Positions 31,502-46,472 are shown, counted from the first letter of the stretch. The stretch: 64,000 nucleotides of DNA from Flaccisagitta enflata (GCA_965153355.1 OZ231126.1:46376001-46440000); one strand, 5' to 3'. Numbers and translations are program-made. Notes: generated from the letters alone by a model not told the origin.

Positions 31502-32837
31502 TATATATAATACCAGATGATTTGCTACAATTTTTATCAAATTACCTTTAATTTACGTCAAACTACTGAAAGAAATAATGATTTTCTAAAATTTCAGCTC
31601 ATTTAAAACAGTTAATTTAACACATTAGATTGTCACAATAACCAAACTTCGAATTCCAGGACATTTTGATACCAAGAATTTGAAGCAATGTACTAAATTT
31701 AAAACTTCAAGATAGTTCCAAGAAATTGTCAGTTGAGAATTATGGCTGTGTTAGATGTACAGTTGAGCTTCACTAAAGCGCATGCCATGGGGCTGAACAG
31801 AATTATGCCCAAAGTGAAGCTGCTTTATTGCCAGTAATCAAATAACTACAAAATCTCTCATGAGACCGCACATTGTATGCCTTATAGGCGGGCATGCCTT
31901 AATAGCGGGTGCGCTCCAGCGGTGCTCTACTCTATTGTATCAGTCATGGCGAGTAATCAGAGGTTTGATAAAAAACCGACTGTGCTTCATTGTCATGCAT
32001 TTCCGGATTTTGGGTGAAAAAACAGAAAATTCTCTTGTGGAATTGGTGAGATCAAGTCCCAAGTCAGCAGATCCTAAATTTAATGTTTCACGTGGTATTC
32101 CCTGCGTTACTAAAATATACAACTGAATTATACATCTTTGATTTCAGGTTATGATTAACTTATATAAATTTTTTTATTGTATTGGCTGTTTCTGAAAACA
32201 GCGGGCCAACTGAACAGATTGATTTATTGAATGATTAGAGATCTATTGTTTTCTTTTATATCATTTTTTATAGAAAAAATATTGAATATAGAAAAATAAA
32301 GAAAAATATTTAGTTAATCATGATTTCAGTGGTGCAGATTGCATGTAGCAATGCTACGCAGCAGGGTGGCAGAAATGTGCAGCAGGGGCATCAGATTAGG
32401 ATAAAATATGGTGAAATTATATCAAAAGCACATGAAATTGTGGAATACCAACTTGATTGTGAGAAAAAGAATGAAGAAGGCAAAAAAATGAATACAGGCT
32501 TATCATAGTTATGAGGGTCAAATGCAAACAAGGTCATTAGACCTAAGTCGCGTGCGTCGGCACTTTCAGAAAAGTCAGGCAGACAGACAGATGAACAGAA
32601 TAAAACATTTAAAAAGACTTCGGAACCAGCAACAAAAAATCTTAAAAACAACTGCATGACAAACCAATGGACAGACAAACAGATGGACAAAAAAGTGGCT
32701 TATAGAGGTGTATGAATGAAAAACATTCAAAAACATTTATTATGTCTTTAAATTGGCTGTATACCCTTTAAACAACTTTGTGAAAGACAGACAGACCAAC
32801 GACTGACCAACCAAAAAGTGGCTTATAGAGGCTTATA

Positions 32838-33392
32838 CCCTGTCATCAAATACAACTGTAACGAAGTAAACCTTTATTACGCTTGAAGTATTCATAATGA
32901 AGAATTCTGCTTTGCCTCACTTGAAAGGATATAACCTACCATTTTTTCATGCAAAATTTCAAGCACTGGCTCAAGCGGTTTGGTTTCCACATGATTTTCA
33001 AATTTGACATGATTTTCCCTAAAAACATCATTTTTAAGCAATTTTTTATTAAAAAACTATTCTAAATTCATGAAAATTAAGTAAAAATGATTGGATTGGT
33101 TAAGAATACTAGTTGGTGTATCAATTTTTTGCATTTTTCAAAATATTTTAGCAATTGAAAAAATCTGAGCTAATATTCAAATATTTTTTTGTTCAAAATT
33201 TGCTAAAACTTTCCTGGCTACTTTTTCATTAAAATAGATGTTGTGGTCAAACCAATTAAGCCAGAACTTTGAAATTTTGCATGAAAAAATGGTAGATCAT
33301 ATGCTTTCAGAGGTAAAAAGCAAAAATCTTCAATATGAATACTTGAGGCACAACAAAGGTTTCTTTCGTTACAGTTGTAATTGATGGCAGGG
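32838..33392. mobile_element. MITE, TA TSD
   Basis: TA|CCCTGTCATCAAATACAACTGTAACGAAG...TTTCGTTACAGTTGTAATTGATGGCAGGG|TA; about 140-bp degenerate arms. Confidence 0.78.
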
Positions 33393-34374
33393 TAAATGCC
33401 TTAGAAACATTCAAAAACATTTAGAATGTCTTCATTTTGTGTAAAAAGCCTTTTAAACAGTTTTGTTACGGACCAACGGACTGACCAACCAAAGAGTGGC
33501 TTATAGAGTCACGTAGCACGCGATTAAAAAAATCAGTGTTTTCTCTGCAATGTCTATGTACGGCAGCCAAGATTGCCAATTTCTGCTGTGGGGCAGCTTG
33601 TAGAATCTGCACCTCTGATCAAGAGTATAAGATTGATGTTATAGTGTGTTAATATATTTAAGTTGGACTGCGGTTTCTTGAAACTAGCCTATTCCTCAAT
33701 TTCTGGTGAACTGTTGGCTAAAGCTTTTGAATTCTCATTGTCTTTAAACATGTCCACTATTGTAAGGGCGTTTTATGACAGTATTGGTTGGATCTCTCCT
33801 GCATGTCATGTTGTGACTGACGCGTCGGCCCTCGGCTTTCGTTATTATTTTGGGAGCTGATATGATTAGTAAGAATTGTCTTTAGGAAAGCGCACTGATT
33901 AGGGAGGTCGGGGATTAGGGTCAAATTTCGAAAAATGATACACTCTAGTTTATTGCATAAATGTACCAAATTAGAAGGTTTTCCCACAGGTAGCCGCTAC
34001 TAGACTTGAAGTCAGTATTTTAGGTGTGGTCAGTATTACACAGGTCCAAGCGTATGCTCAAAATGCAGAATACTCACAAGTTTGATCGATGGTGTCATTT
34101 ATATTTTGTCCCACGGTAAACAGATTTGCGTACTGACAATTATGGCAACCTGCGTATTAATTATACAAACTTAAGTATCACCTGCACTCAGCATTTACCA
34201 ACGCCCAGATCGCTGATCAGGTACTTCATACTTCATGTAGTGACACTTTAATTGAAAACTAGGTGCGTATTTCTACGTGGGCAATCGGGATAAATTGAAT
34301 TCGTAATAGGTAGGTATTTAAATCATGAGCAATTGCAACCTAATGAACCTATATTCAGTTTTTAGGGATAGCTA

Positions 34375-34971
34375 CAGTGGGGTTCGTGGAATAACAGCCT
34401 AAACTGGAGGAAGGTATTTGAGTGTCTTAATTTCATTTGACAAACTTGATATTTGAAATATAAGTTGTTTACTTGATGCTTTTCCTGAGTTTTGGTTGCT
34501 ATGGAAACCAAAATTATTTTTTTAAACATTTATAGCCACTAAAATATCAATATTTTGAGAAATATTGTCAGGGAACATTGCTCAAAATTAAATTTGCTAC
34601 AACTTTCCCACAGTATGTTCTGTAAGAATATTGCTCGTTTAGCCGTTGCTAGGGGGCATCACACCTAGCAACCGCTAAATGATGCTCCCTAGCAACGGCT
34701 AAACGAGCAATATTCTTACAGGACATACTGTGGAAAAGTTGTAGCAAATTTAATTTTGAGCAATGTTCCCTGATAATATTTGTCAAAATATTGATATTCT
34801 AGTTGTTATAAATGTTCAAAAAAATAATTTTGGTTTCCATAGCAACCAAAAAACTCAGGGACAAAAGCATCAAGCGAACAACTTATATTTCAAATATCAA
34901 GTTTGTCAAATGAAATTAAGACACTTAAATACCTTCCTCCAGTTTAGGCTGTTATTCCACGAACCCCACTG
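34375..34971. mobile_element. Near-perfect palindromic MITE, TA TSD
   Basis: TA|CAGTGGGGTTCGTGGAATAACAGCC...GGCTGTTATTCCACGAACCCCACTG|TA; arms of about 280 bp around a short spacer. Confidence 0.9.
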
Positions 34972-35525
34972 TAGGGATGGGACCATTCGAAAGCTATTGT
35001 ATAACCTTGATATTTGCGTAGTGAGTATGAGTCGCCTGCTAGGCGATTCTGTAAGAGGGCGTGTCCCTTGGTCCATTTTGGATGAGAGATTGCCAGTAAT
35101 AGTGATTTGGCGGCAGCCTTTTCAGCTCTTGCTCATCCCCAAAAAACCTAGCCTAGATGCATGACTGTCATTGCCCTCTCGCAAGAAATTTGTTGGCTGT
35201 GCACCCGACCAATTTTAAACTAATTTAAAATGATTGAAAAAGTCATAAAATTTTGAAAAATGACTTTTGTGACAGAATTGACTTAAGTGACTTGACATAA
35301 CTTCTTATGAGTTAAAATGACTTTGAATGACTTTGAATAGCTTAGAATGACTAAAAATGATTAAAAATGACTGAAATTAAAAAAAGTCAAGTGTGACAGA
35401 CAGACGGACGGACGGACGGACGGACGGACAAAGCGGGTTGTTTAGTCGGGTGCACGCGACTAAAAACAGCAGAAAGAAAGCTGGCGTGGGTTGGATAAAG
35501 TACATGCAATCTTGATTTGATAATA

Positions 35526-35692
35526 CAGTTAAACCCCGCTCTATTGGATTTCAGGGGACCAACATTTCTTTTATAGGTGGACTTCAGTTATTACCAACAA
35601 AGGAAGTAAAAGAAATAAATTTGAAGAGATTATAACATGTGTTATCAGCGGAATTCTATTGGTGGCGGGTCCGTCTGAGCGGGGTTCAACTG
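35526..35692. mobile_element. pogo/Tigger-like short MITE (second copy at 59253-59429)
   Basis: TA|CAGTTAAACCCCGCTC...GAGCGGGGTTCAACTG|TA; the internal CA.GGGACCAAC and ATT.CCAACAAAG motifs are shared with the 59253 copy. Confidence 0.78.
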
Positions 35693-36627
35693 TACACCGT
35701 AGTTCTTAAGATCCTCAGCCAAGCAAGGTTATTTAATTTTAATTGAAAAAAAAACCTGTTTGTATCAAGACTGAGTGGTTGCTAACAAGATCTAGTATTT
35801 TTTTCTGGCTCCCAATGAAAAGATATGCGTGCGAGTTTTAGGGGAAAGTTTTTTTCGTAAAGATCTTGATTTTATCCATTTTTTCATATTGTTAACTGTT
35901 CCGGGAGTGTTAGTCAAAACAGCAGCTACTGTATCGACGCGAGCGATGAAATTAGTTATTTATTGTATCGTATTTTGGCAATGAACCTAGTCACCAACTA
36001 TTAGATAGACAATTTAGACATTCATGGAAGAAGTGAGCTTTTCGGAGGGATTTGTACTCTCTTTAAAGCGCCGGTTGTTCATGGACAGCATTATGTAGTA
36101 GGACCTAATCATATACATATAATATTCTTTACAATTCTCAGCGCATCTTTAGTCATTTTATGCCACGCAATGATGCCGCTTTTTCGATTTGCTTCTGAAT
36201 TTGATACTCTTTCGAATCATGCTTCTTCCTATTATATAAAGCCATCACTGACTGTTCTTTAGTCTAAATAGACTTTGCACAGTTCTGGATCTTGGCGTCA
36301 GTATTTATGTGATCACTGCAGTAAACCAATTTACCCCCACGGAATTGTAAGATTCCTATTCAGGACGCTTTTGAGGATTTTTGCCGTAACCGCCATACTC
36401 TTCCTGTTTTACAAATTATTGGCAAACCGCCTCTGGATTACTCCTTTTTCCATTGGTTGTTCCTTTTTTTGAATAACAGATTTTGTAGAGATCACGTAAT
36501 TATCGGTATCGCTGCCATACTAGCTCTCGTTATAACCAGAAGCGCAGTGGGTCTCCTTGAATAATCTGTCTGAAAGACTTGCGAAAAAATTAAAAACTAT
36601 TAACTTGATAATTCCTCGACGATAAGC

Positions 36628-37095
36628 ATGGCGGCCACCCGGCGCTTGGCGAAAGAATTGCAGGACATACGCGGTTCGGCGCTCAAGTCATTCCGTGATA
36701 TTGTCGTGGACGAGTCAAACATTCTCTGTTGGCAAGGCCTTATCGTTCCGGACAACGCGCCGTACAACAAGGGAGCATTTCGAATCGAAATCATATTTCC
36801 GGCCGAGTACCCCTTCAAACCGCCAAAAATTACGTTCAAAACAAAGATCTACCATCCAAACGTCGATGAAAAGGGCCAAGTCTGCCTGCCGATTATTTCG
36901 ACGGAGAACTGGAAGCCGGCGACTAAGACCGATCAGGTTATCCAAAGCCTCGTGGCCCTGGTCAATGACCCAGAGCCCGATCATCCACTTCGATCCGATC
37001 TCGCCGAAGAATTCACGCGCGACAAGAAAAAGTTTCTCAAATCTGCCGAAGAATTTACGAAGAAGCACGCGGAAAAACGACCCTCCGACGCCTAA
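36628..37095 (+). CDS. UBE2L3: Ubiquitin-conjugating enzyme E2 L3 (UbcH7), intronless CDS, 155 aa
   Basis: [11 protein letters not shown]...[91 protein letters not shown] motif and catalytic Cys intact. Confidence 0.96.
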   Translation: MAATRRLAKELQDIRGSALKSFRDIVVDESNILCWQGLIVPDNAPYNKGAFRIEIIFPAEYPFKPPKITFKTKIYHPNVDEKGQVCLPIISTENWKPATKTDQVIQSLVALVNDPEPDHPLRSDLAEEFTRDKKKFLKSAEEFTKKHAEKRPSDA

Positions 37096-38115
37096 ATTAA
37101 GAAGAACGAGAGATGGACGGTCGATGGAATGAGACGATATTACGTAACCCATGGTTTCGTCCATACGCCCATCTCTCTCTCTTTGACTTTGCGTTGATTG
37201 AACAGAACGATGTAATGTAGGGGACCCATAGGATTTGACCGTATTTATATTTGATTTACAAAAGGAACTGTGATTACTTTTGTGGTACACATACGCTTCT
37301 CTGGAGAGACTTCTTCACTTGTCTCGTCACATTGTGATGGTTAATACGGAAAAAAATGTGTAGTTACTGTTCCTCTTTTTCTCGAGATCCACTTGTATAC
37401 ATAGTTTTGAATGTCTCGGCTCTCGGCGAGACTCGAGCAGGCCCATTCTTATCTATTATGACTAGCTTAATCACTTTGGCGCTTGGAGGATAATCCTTTT
37501 AAATGGTGAACAGTCATCGCGATTTCTTTGCGTTTTTTTTACTTCTGCAGTATTTTGAAAAAAAAAAGAACCTGTTGAATGGTCACCATGGTCTCTCATT
37601 CCACTTTGATTAGATTTAGGACTTCAGCACCGCTTTCTTTGTTTCTCTGTCCCCTCTGCCTACGCAATTGCCTTTGGGGTCATGGGCCAGCTTCACCCCC
37701 GAAAGAATCCTTTACGATTGTGTCGCTTACCATGAGATCTGACTGATGAACTCGTGCATAAGTCAGTGGTTGCCGCGCTGTCGTAGAGGAAAGGCACTTA
37801 TCGTTGTTTCTGCGCGCTTTTTATAAAGATCTATCAGAGTTTTATTAGGAAGGCACTTGATGATAATGAGCATCGATGGATTTTTTTCCATCGCGATTAA
37901 GAAAATTAGGAAGCCAATTGGCATGATCTTGTTCGGGCGAATATCGTAGTAGAACAACGTATTTTTGTATTGATCACGAAGTATGTTTTACCTCAATGAT
38001 ACATTATCCTACTGCAATTCAGATGTAACAACACGTTAGACACGTGTTTTAAAGGAGATGTGCGGTTCGCGAACAATTCAAATGGGACACGCATGAAGAA
38101 TTGACACCGGCTATT

Positions 38116-41100
38116 ATGCGCCCTTGGGATTTGAGATCCTTGTCCGCCCTCCGTTTGAGAAAGATGACTCTGATGATGATTTCTGCCATCGCATTGCTGA
38201 CGTTTTGCATGATTTTGAAGTTGACATCGAGCGAACTTGACGGCGTCTCGAATACTCATCCATCGCCCAAGGAAGTGCGGAAAAGTGAGGACAAAAAATG
38301 GCGGCAACAATCGCAAATCGAGCAGCTGACCGAGCACATCGAACGAATGGAGAAAAGAATCGTGGAATTAGAGGCTTCCAGGAAAAGCTATCCCACGGTC
38401 CAATTTCGTAACGTTAAAGATCGAAAGCGAATCCTGATCACGGGAGGCGCGGGCTTTGTTGGAAGTCACTTGACCGATAAACTGATGGCGGAAGGCCACG
38501 AGGTAAGTCTTATGTATCGTCGCTGGCGTCGCGGCGGATTTTTTCTGGCAAAGCGTCTAACTTCATCTAACATCTCACTGTGGTGTTAGTGGCAGGGCGA
38601 TAAGGCCAGGATTTGGTTTAAAGTGTGTAGAACAATATAGGTCACAGTGCAAACGAAGACGAAATTTGACCAGTCAAAGAGTGATGAAAACAAAATTATC
38701 ATAATCATGAATTTTTTTTACCATTCTATAAAATAGTATATGGGGTGTTAAAATGTAAAAAATCAATGCAAAATCTTTTTTCGTTTGGGAGCTACGTCAA
38801 AAAATGTAATTTTAAAAAGTTATTTAATGAAGGCTAACTTCAAATGCAATTTTTGGTACTTTAAAGCGCTCCAATTTTGATGAAATTTTACATGGAGGTA
38901 GTACTTGATATGAAGTACCTCCAGTGAAAATTTTGTCCGAATCGGTTGACTTTAAGGGGGGTAATAACCACATTTTTCATCGACTTTACAAAAAAAAACA
39001 TGTTTTTTTCTTAATTTGGATATCTGAAAATTATCACATATTAAACTTTTTTTTTTACAACTTATTTAGGGTCTATTTTATGTGCATGCCAAGTGTCAGG
39101 GCCATAATTCAACTTTTTGAAAGCTTAAAGAGTGAAAAAAAGCTTAAAATTAGCAAATTTTGCAATCTTTTGTTGACAGCCCTTTAATAAATTGTTATTT
39201 GACACAAAAAAATACCTCACAGGGTCATGAACATTTTACAGGCATCACCAACAGTCCCCTTAAGGAATTTTGGCCCATAGTTTATATGTTCCTGCTATGC
39301 CATATCAAAGTATACAAAATTATGTTCTAAGAACATCAAAAAACTTTCCTCAATTGACTTTTGTCATAGGAGTAGAAAAAACAAGGCCAAGTGAAGGCCA
39401 ATAAGTGCGCCTCGCTTGATTAAGATTTTGTGAATAAACGTTTTTGATGAATGAATGAATGAATGAATGAATGAATGAATGAATGAATGAATGAATGTGG
39501 TTAGTCATGAAAGGTGATAGGAATGAAAAAGACGTCAGAATCAGCCATTTTGCGCATTTCAAACATTTGCGTGACCGACCGACCAACCAATCAACCAACC
39601 AACCGACCAACAGACATGACCTCTTATAGAAGTGCGAGGACGCTCTTAAAAAGACTGAAAAGGGTAGAGGCATAAGTATTTACATAATGGAGACACCAGC
39701 CATTGAGACTGATTACCATGCCTCAGAATTGCAGACTTAGTGTGTACATAAACAAGACACATCAGCTTCACGATTGCAAAAACTAGCCTCACTCCATTTA
39801 GAAAAGCACTTACGCTTACTATCCATATTGTTCAATAAATTGGGATTCAAATTTTCTTACAAAAATATATATTTAAACAGTTCAATAAATAAGAACAAAT
39901 AAATAAGCGTAAATAACATCAGTGAGAAACTGTCGTCAATTCTTAGCAGTGACAATAACTATGAAGTGATACCCAGTTATAAGGCTCAGATTTTATCAAT
40001 GAATAGAAATCAAGATCCCTTAGTCTTAGAAATAGTACAAATATTTGCGCAAATTGATGCTAGAACATTTTCTATATTCCCATTACAAAATACAAGCTGG
40101 AAAGGAGAAAGATTGAATATGGAAAATTGGGCTACATTCACCTTAATATTGACGACCAAAAAGCCTTATTAAAAAGAGTAAATCAACCTCACACACAACC
40201 TCACAACCTCACGCATTGTTCTTTTTTTTTTCTGTCCGCTGTTTACTAGTTTTTATGTCGGCACTTTCTCTTCGCCTCCTTCTCCTTCTACTTTCCCTTC
40301 TTCCTTCTTCCTCTCCTTCTCCCTCTTTTTCTCCTTTTTCTCCTTTTTGGGCAGCGGCCCCGGAGGGGCCGATGACCTATGATTCCACATAGGGCAATTT
40401 TCTCCGGTTTCCGTTTTCCGTCCGTCCCCCCCCTCCCCCAAGCCTCAAATAAAGCCTCTAAGACCCCAAATCAGGCCTTTTCAACTCCAAATCAAACCAT
40501 TCTGACCCCAAATCAGGCCTCTCAGACCTCAAATCAGGCCTCCCAGACCCCAAATCAGGCCTCTCAGACCCCAAATCAGGCCTCCCAGACCGCAGATCAG
40601 GCTTCTCAGACCCCAGATCAGGCTTCTCAGACCCCAGATCAGGCTCCTCAGACCCCAAGTTAGGCCTCAGACCCCATGTCAGGCTTTTCAGACCCCAAAT
40701 TAGACCCCTCAGACCCAAATAAGGCCTTTACAGACCCCAAATCAGCCTCTCAGACCCCAAACCACGCCTCTCACACCCTAAATCAGACCTTTCAGAGCCA
40801 AAATCAGGCCTTTCAGCCCTCCAAACCAGCTTCTCACACTGGAAAAAATTATCCTATGTGGAATCATAGGTCATAGGCCCCTCCGGGGCCGCTGCCCCTC
40901 TCATATTCTCATTCCCACATACACTAACTTAGGGGCATCGGGTACCGCTGACCATGTAACGCTTTTGCGACTATTCTCCCTCTTCTCCTTCTCCTTCTTC
41001 TTCTTCTTCTTCTTCTTCTTCTTTTTCTTTTTCTTCTTTTCCTGTTCTATCACTTTCTACTGTTCCCGTCCTTGTATATTTCTCTCCTTTTGGGCAGCGG

Positions 41101-41971
41101 CCCGAAGAAACGAGGTCCTGTAGACCCTGGGGGACTTTCGTTCGTCCGTTAGATTCGTTCGTCGTTCGTTCGTTCGTTCGTCGTCCCCCCCCCCCCTCAG
41201 GCTCCTCAGGCCTCAAATCTGGCCTCTGAGACTCAAATCTGGCTCTCAGACCCAATCGCTCTCAGGCCTCAAATCCAGCATCTCAGGCTTCAAATCCAGC
41301 CTCTCAAGCCTCAAATCCAGCCTCTCAGGCCTCAGCCTTTATCTTTACAAAATTAGGCTTCTTAGGCCTCAAATCCAAACCTCAGGCGTCAAACCTGGCC
41401 TCTTAGGCCTCAAGCTAAGCCTCTCAGGCCTCAAACCAGCTATCTAAGCCTCAATTTACCTTTAATCCAGCTCTCTTAAGCCTCCAGTCAGCCCTCCCAA
41501 GCTTCTGATGGGCATTCTAAGGCCTTACATCAGCCTTCTTAGACCTCAGTTTAGGCTCTTGGGCCTTCAGTCAGCCCTCTATGCATCTCATCCACTTCTT
41601 CAGGCAGGCAGAAAGTCCCCTGTGTTCTGGGACTTCGTCATGGGACCGCTGCCCTGCTTCCCCTCACTCAATTCACCAATCACTCTGAGAAAACAGGGCA
41701 AGGTATCATGACCCACATATTGCTTATGAGCGACCTGTTTCTTTTTTCTTCTTCTTATTCTCCTTCTTCTTCTTCTTCTTCTTCTTCTTCTTCTTCTTCT
41801 TCTTCTTTGTCTTCTTCTTCTTCTTCTTCTTCTTTTCTTCTTCTTTTTCTTCTTCTTCTTTTTCAACTTTTTGTTGTTCTTCTTTTTCTTCTTCTTTTTC
41901 TTCTTCTTTTTCTTTTTCTTCTTATTTGACTTCTCTCTTCTTCTTCTTCTTCTTCTTCTTCTTCTTCTTCT

Positions 41972-42069
<98 letters not shown>

Positions 42070-44525
42070 CATTCTCAATTGCGCCTGAAGAAATACCCAC
42101 ATCTTCTTATCGTTCAATTCCGAAAACAAAATCTGCAAAATTCCATTTGAGTGTTCTCGCGTAAAAGTCTAAGTTTGCATAGAAACGCAAAAAATCAAAA
42201 AAATAAACACATGGCTCTGTTCTACATTCATCAGAGATCACAGCTATGTTCTTGAAAATGCAAAATTTGACTCGTAGAGGCCGTCTTAGAATTTTACGTC
42301 CAAGAAATAATATTATCAACAGCTGTCACCCTTGGTCTTTTTTCTGGAGTAAGGTCAAGATAAGCGGAAAAAAACTTTCGGGAAGGCAAATTTTTGAGAC
42401 CTAATGATGGTCAGGGTTCCAACTGACAAAGGTCAAAAGGCAGTTTTGTGTTTGAGTGAGTTATGATGATACAATACATCTAAATTCCCTGACTTCTCTG
42501 AATATGCAAATTGGCTTCGCAACCTGAGTAGACTTAGACTCGAAAATTTTCCTAGGTCAGTCAGTAGCTCAATCTTTTGCATGGACCTGCTCAACGCTTT
42601 CAATAATGCACGTTTCAAATTTCAAGGTTCTGGCTCAAATACTTTAGAAGTTATGAGCATTTGTTTGAACCATATCAAACTAAAAAAATTCCAGGAGAAT
42701 CATTAAACTTTCTTTTGAAATGTGGCCGACACAAAAATTTTCTAAGTTTTTTTGAAAAAAGTAAAATTACAAGATTTTGGATCTAGACGAATCAAGCAAT
42801 TTCCTATCAAATGAACCCCATTTTTTTTTTTGAAAAAAAAAAATCCTAATTAAGGGCTTTTTGGGGCCCCTAGGGGCCCCTAAGAAGTTCAAAATTTTTG
42901 TCAATGAGATCAACAGAGTTATGTGCATATGCCAACGTATCTTTCAGGAACAAATTCAAGCAGATTAGTTCAAGCTAGAGCTCATGCCGTTACTACCTTC
43001 GGACCGGCCGCATATAAAAGAAAAATATAAAAATTCACAAGGACTTAGATTTATGATCTGAGGTCAACATCTAAACCTGAGGGAGGTACATATTTTTAGG
43101 GATTTTTTGCTTTTTGGCTGGGAGTAAATACCAGCAAACAAAAGTAGTCATACCGTAGGTTTATGGCACCACCCATGACCGATTATTTAGTCTCCGGGTC
43201 TATATCATACAAAGAAAATATGATATCACACTCAAGTGGAAGGAAAATGTCGCAACGCTAGATTCTCTCTTTGTTGGCATTTCCCAAATAGTTTTTTGCT
43301 GTTTCTTTCTTATTCCTTGACTTGGAATCGGTTCAAGCATGTCAATGGGTACCTGGGCTATTCCCCCACCGGTGTAAAGGACAAAGAGAACAAAACGGAA
43401 ACGCTTTAAGTGTGTTTTAAACCTGAAAAATGGATGAAAATGATGTTTTTTGATCGTTTGCTTTGCGACATAGGATCATGGACAAGATTTTGGAACTTAT
43501 TTGTTAGATTTTTATCTAGCCTTGACGCTTATTGACCCACTGATCGCGTACTGAAGACCGCCTGATTGCGAATTTTGGATTTTCTGTTTTCCTCTACCAA
43601 TTTCCTTTGCCTCCTTTATCTCAATTCTTAGGTGGTAGTCGTGGACAACTTTTTCACCGGACGTAAGCGAAACGTAGAGCACTGGATCGGCCACCCCAAT
43701 TTTGAGTTGATCAATCACGACGTGGTGAATTCCATTTATATTGAAGTGGACCAAATTTACCATTTGGCGTCACCGGCGTCACCGCCAAATTACATGTACA
43801 ATCCCATTAAGACAATCAAAACGAATACCGTTGGCACCATCAATATGCTGGGACTGGCGAAACGCGTCAACGCTCGACTTTTGCTCGCCTCCACTTCCGA
43901 GGTGTATGGTGATCCCGACCAACATCCGCAAAAGGAGACCTATTGGGGCCACGTCAATCCCATCGGACCGCGCGCGTGCTACGACGAAGGAAAACGCGTG
44001 GCCGAGACAATGTGCTACGCTTACCAGAAACAAGAACAAGTGCAAGTACGTGTGGCGCGTATCTTTAACACGTTCGGACCGCGCATGCACCTGAACGACG
44101 GTCGCGTCGTATCCAACTTCATCATACAAGCGCTTCAAAACAAACCCATCACTGTTTACGGTAGTGGCTCTCAAACTAGGAGCTTTCAATACGTGTCGGA
44201 CTTGGTCGACGGGCTAATCGCTTTGATGAACTCGAATTACTCTCAACCGGTGAATTTGGGTAATCCCGAAGAGCACACCATTTTGGACTTTGCCAAAATC
44301 ATCAAAAAGTTGGTTGGGGGAAATTCGGAAGTGAAGCACGATCCCATGCCGGAGGACGATCCCCGACGACGACGACCCGACATCGACAGGGCCAAAAAGA
44401 CTCTCGGTTGGGAACCAAAAATCTCCATGAGAGAAGGTCTCAACAGAACCATCGCCTTTTTCCGTGAGGAATTGAAAAGAACGACATTGGAAACGTATGA
44501 AAAGCCGCAACTAGGCGCCAGTTGA
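38116..44525 (+). CDS. UXS1: UDP-glucuronic acid decarboxylase 1 (UDP-xylose synthase), 2 exons, 426 aa
   Basis: Exon 1 38116-38502: N-terminal TM anchor, stem, [33 protein letters not shown]. Exon 2 43632-44525 after [25 protein letters not shown]...[11 protein letters not shown]...[10 protein letters not shown]...YDEGKR...ARIFNTFGP. Phase-0 join. Confidence 0.96.
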
Positions 44526-44543
44526 TTTGCCCCTCTACCCGTG

Positions 44544-44553
44544 NNNNNNNNNN
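44544..44553. other. Assembly gap (10 N); a second gap lies at 50325-50334
   Basis: Runs of n in the sequence. Confidence 0.99.
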
Positions 44554-44938
44554 AGTCTGACTTCAAAAATCCATGTTCTTATAAAATGAAAAGCGTGTAT
44601 TAGATGGAATTTTTTACAATATTAGTTGGAATTTTTTATAATATTTTTTTCATTTGCTAACTTTATCAAGTTTAAAGAATGTAATGTATTTCTAAATGCT
44701 GTTTTAAAATAAATTCTGATTTAAATTAAACAAGGTCATTAGACTTAAGTTGCGAGCATTGGAATTTCAAAAAAAAAATCAGCTTTGATGAAAACAAGAT
44801 GAGTGATTAAATTTCATCTCTCAAGGCATAATTACATATTATGTAAAAGGATGAATAAGCTAAGTGATATTTACCATTATCCCATTAATTATTGCATCAG
44901 TACAGCTCTGTCTAATTTTTTTTCTTTTTTTTTTTTTT

Positions 44939-45012
<74 letters not shown>

Positions 45013-45320
45013 CCTCTCAATCTCAATCTCTTTCTTTCTCTTTACCATCTAGCTCATAGCTCATAGCTCATACGGACACTTGAAAAATAGCATCAACTTA
45101 GGAGAGGTGCTGCGCTTTAACAAATTGAGTTACTGACACCAGATTAGGCCCATTTTAAAGAGTTGTTTAAGAACTTTCAAATACGTCCAATCTGGGGTCA
45201 GTAACCTAATTTGCTTAGGCGCACCAGCTTGCTAAAGTTGATTCTCATTTTCAAATGTCCGCATATTTATAAGCTAAGTAATAATCTCTTTCTTTCTCTC
45301 GTTTATTCTCTTTTTTTTTT

Positions 45321-45380
<60 letters not shown>

Positions 45381-46472
45381 TTTTCTCTCTTTCTCTCTCC
45401 TTTTCTCTGTTTCATATGTAAAGCAAACAGTCTCAGCTCCTATGTATTTTTGAACAAGTAACAACGTAGCTGTATTATCATGTCACTATCTTTTACTATT
45501 AGATTCTTAGGTTAGATTTAAATACACAAAATAGCCATACTGTATTTTGATTTCATAATAAAAGCGTGGCGGTCCCGGAAATGTGGGACGGTCCCAAAAA
45601 TTGCAGGACCAAAAATTTGCAGCCAATTCATGCTGTGCGCCTGCCGAATAATCTTATTTGTTCTTGCGCAACTTTTACACTATTTGCTTTAAATTGCGGC
45701 AATCTGTTTCTTTTTAGCTTAGATCTGCATTTATTATTAAAGAGCATTTAAAAATACACTATATTTAAAAATTAGATAAAGTTAGCAAATTAAAAAAGAA
45801 TTGTAAAAATTTCCATCTAACATTATAAACTAATCAGATTTTTTGTGAATGCATCTCTGAATCATGATATTCAGATTCAGAAATTTTTGTTTTAATATCA
45901 AAGAAAACCATTAGTTTTGGTTTATTACATGAGAATAGGGACTATAAACATTGAAAATTATCAAAAACTATTAGCTTACAGCTTTTTTCCATTGAAAATC
46001 AGAAGGATCATATAATTAAGCGAGATTATCAAAAGCAATGAAAACAATGATGATCTAATTCTGATCTGACGTCGCGTTTTCTGATCTGGTTTTTCTGATC
46101 TGACATCGCGTCGTCAGATTTCTCAGCTGTTTTTCCGCCATTCGAGTGCAAAAGCGCCGACACAATCCGGTACTCCGAAACTACTCGACAGCGGCTGCTC
46201 TTTTGTTCGGAAAGAAAGGTTTCCATGGAATCCTAGACGCACTGGTCTCTATCATGTTATACCCATAAATCGTTACGTCATGTCATGATAAACAAGAGCA
46301 ACTCGAGCTGGAGGATACATCGTGAGAAGCAAATCTGGCCCAACCCCCTACTTGCCATCCTGAACAAATCACAGCCTGCGTTACATGACCTCAAATTACC
46401 ATGCCTTAGATGACATTCTGAGGTTCCACAATTCAATACAAGCGCCCAAAAAAAAAAAAAAAAATCGTTCCA

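Noticed and set aside
37735-37800. CTGATGA...GAAA as a hammerhead ribozyme or second SECIS
   Set aside because: The required stems do not pair and neither flanking gene has an in-frame UGA.
40440-40830. 21-bp repeat array as a CRISPR array or repetitive protein (QASQTPN)
   Set aside because: Contiguous tandem minisatellite without unique spacers, inside a family-B element in the UXS1 intron; eukaryotic context and no cas genes.
44526-46472. UXS1 and the CFAP97D2-like gene as one operon
   Set aside because: An assembly gap 18 nt after the UXS1 stop makes the true distance unknown, and the spacer contains repeats.
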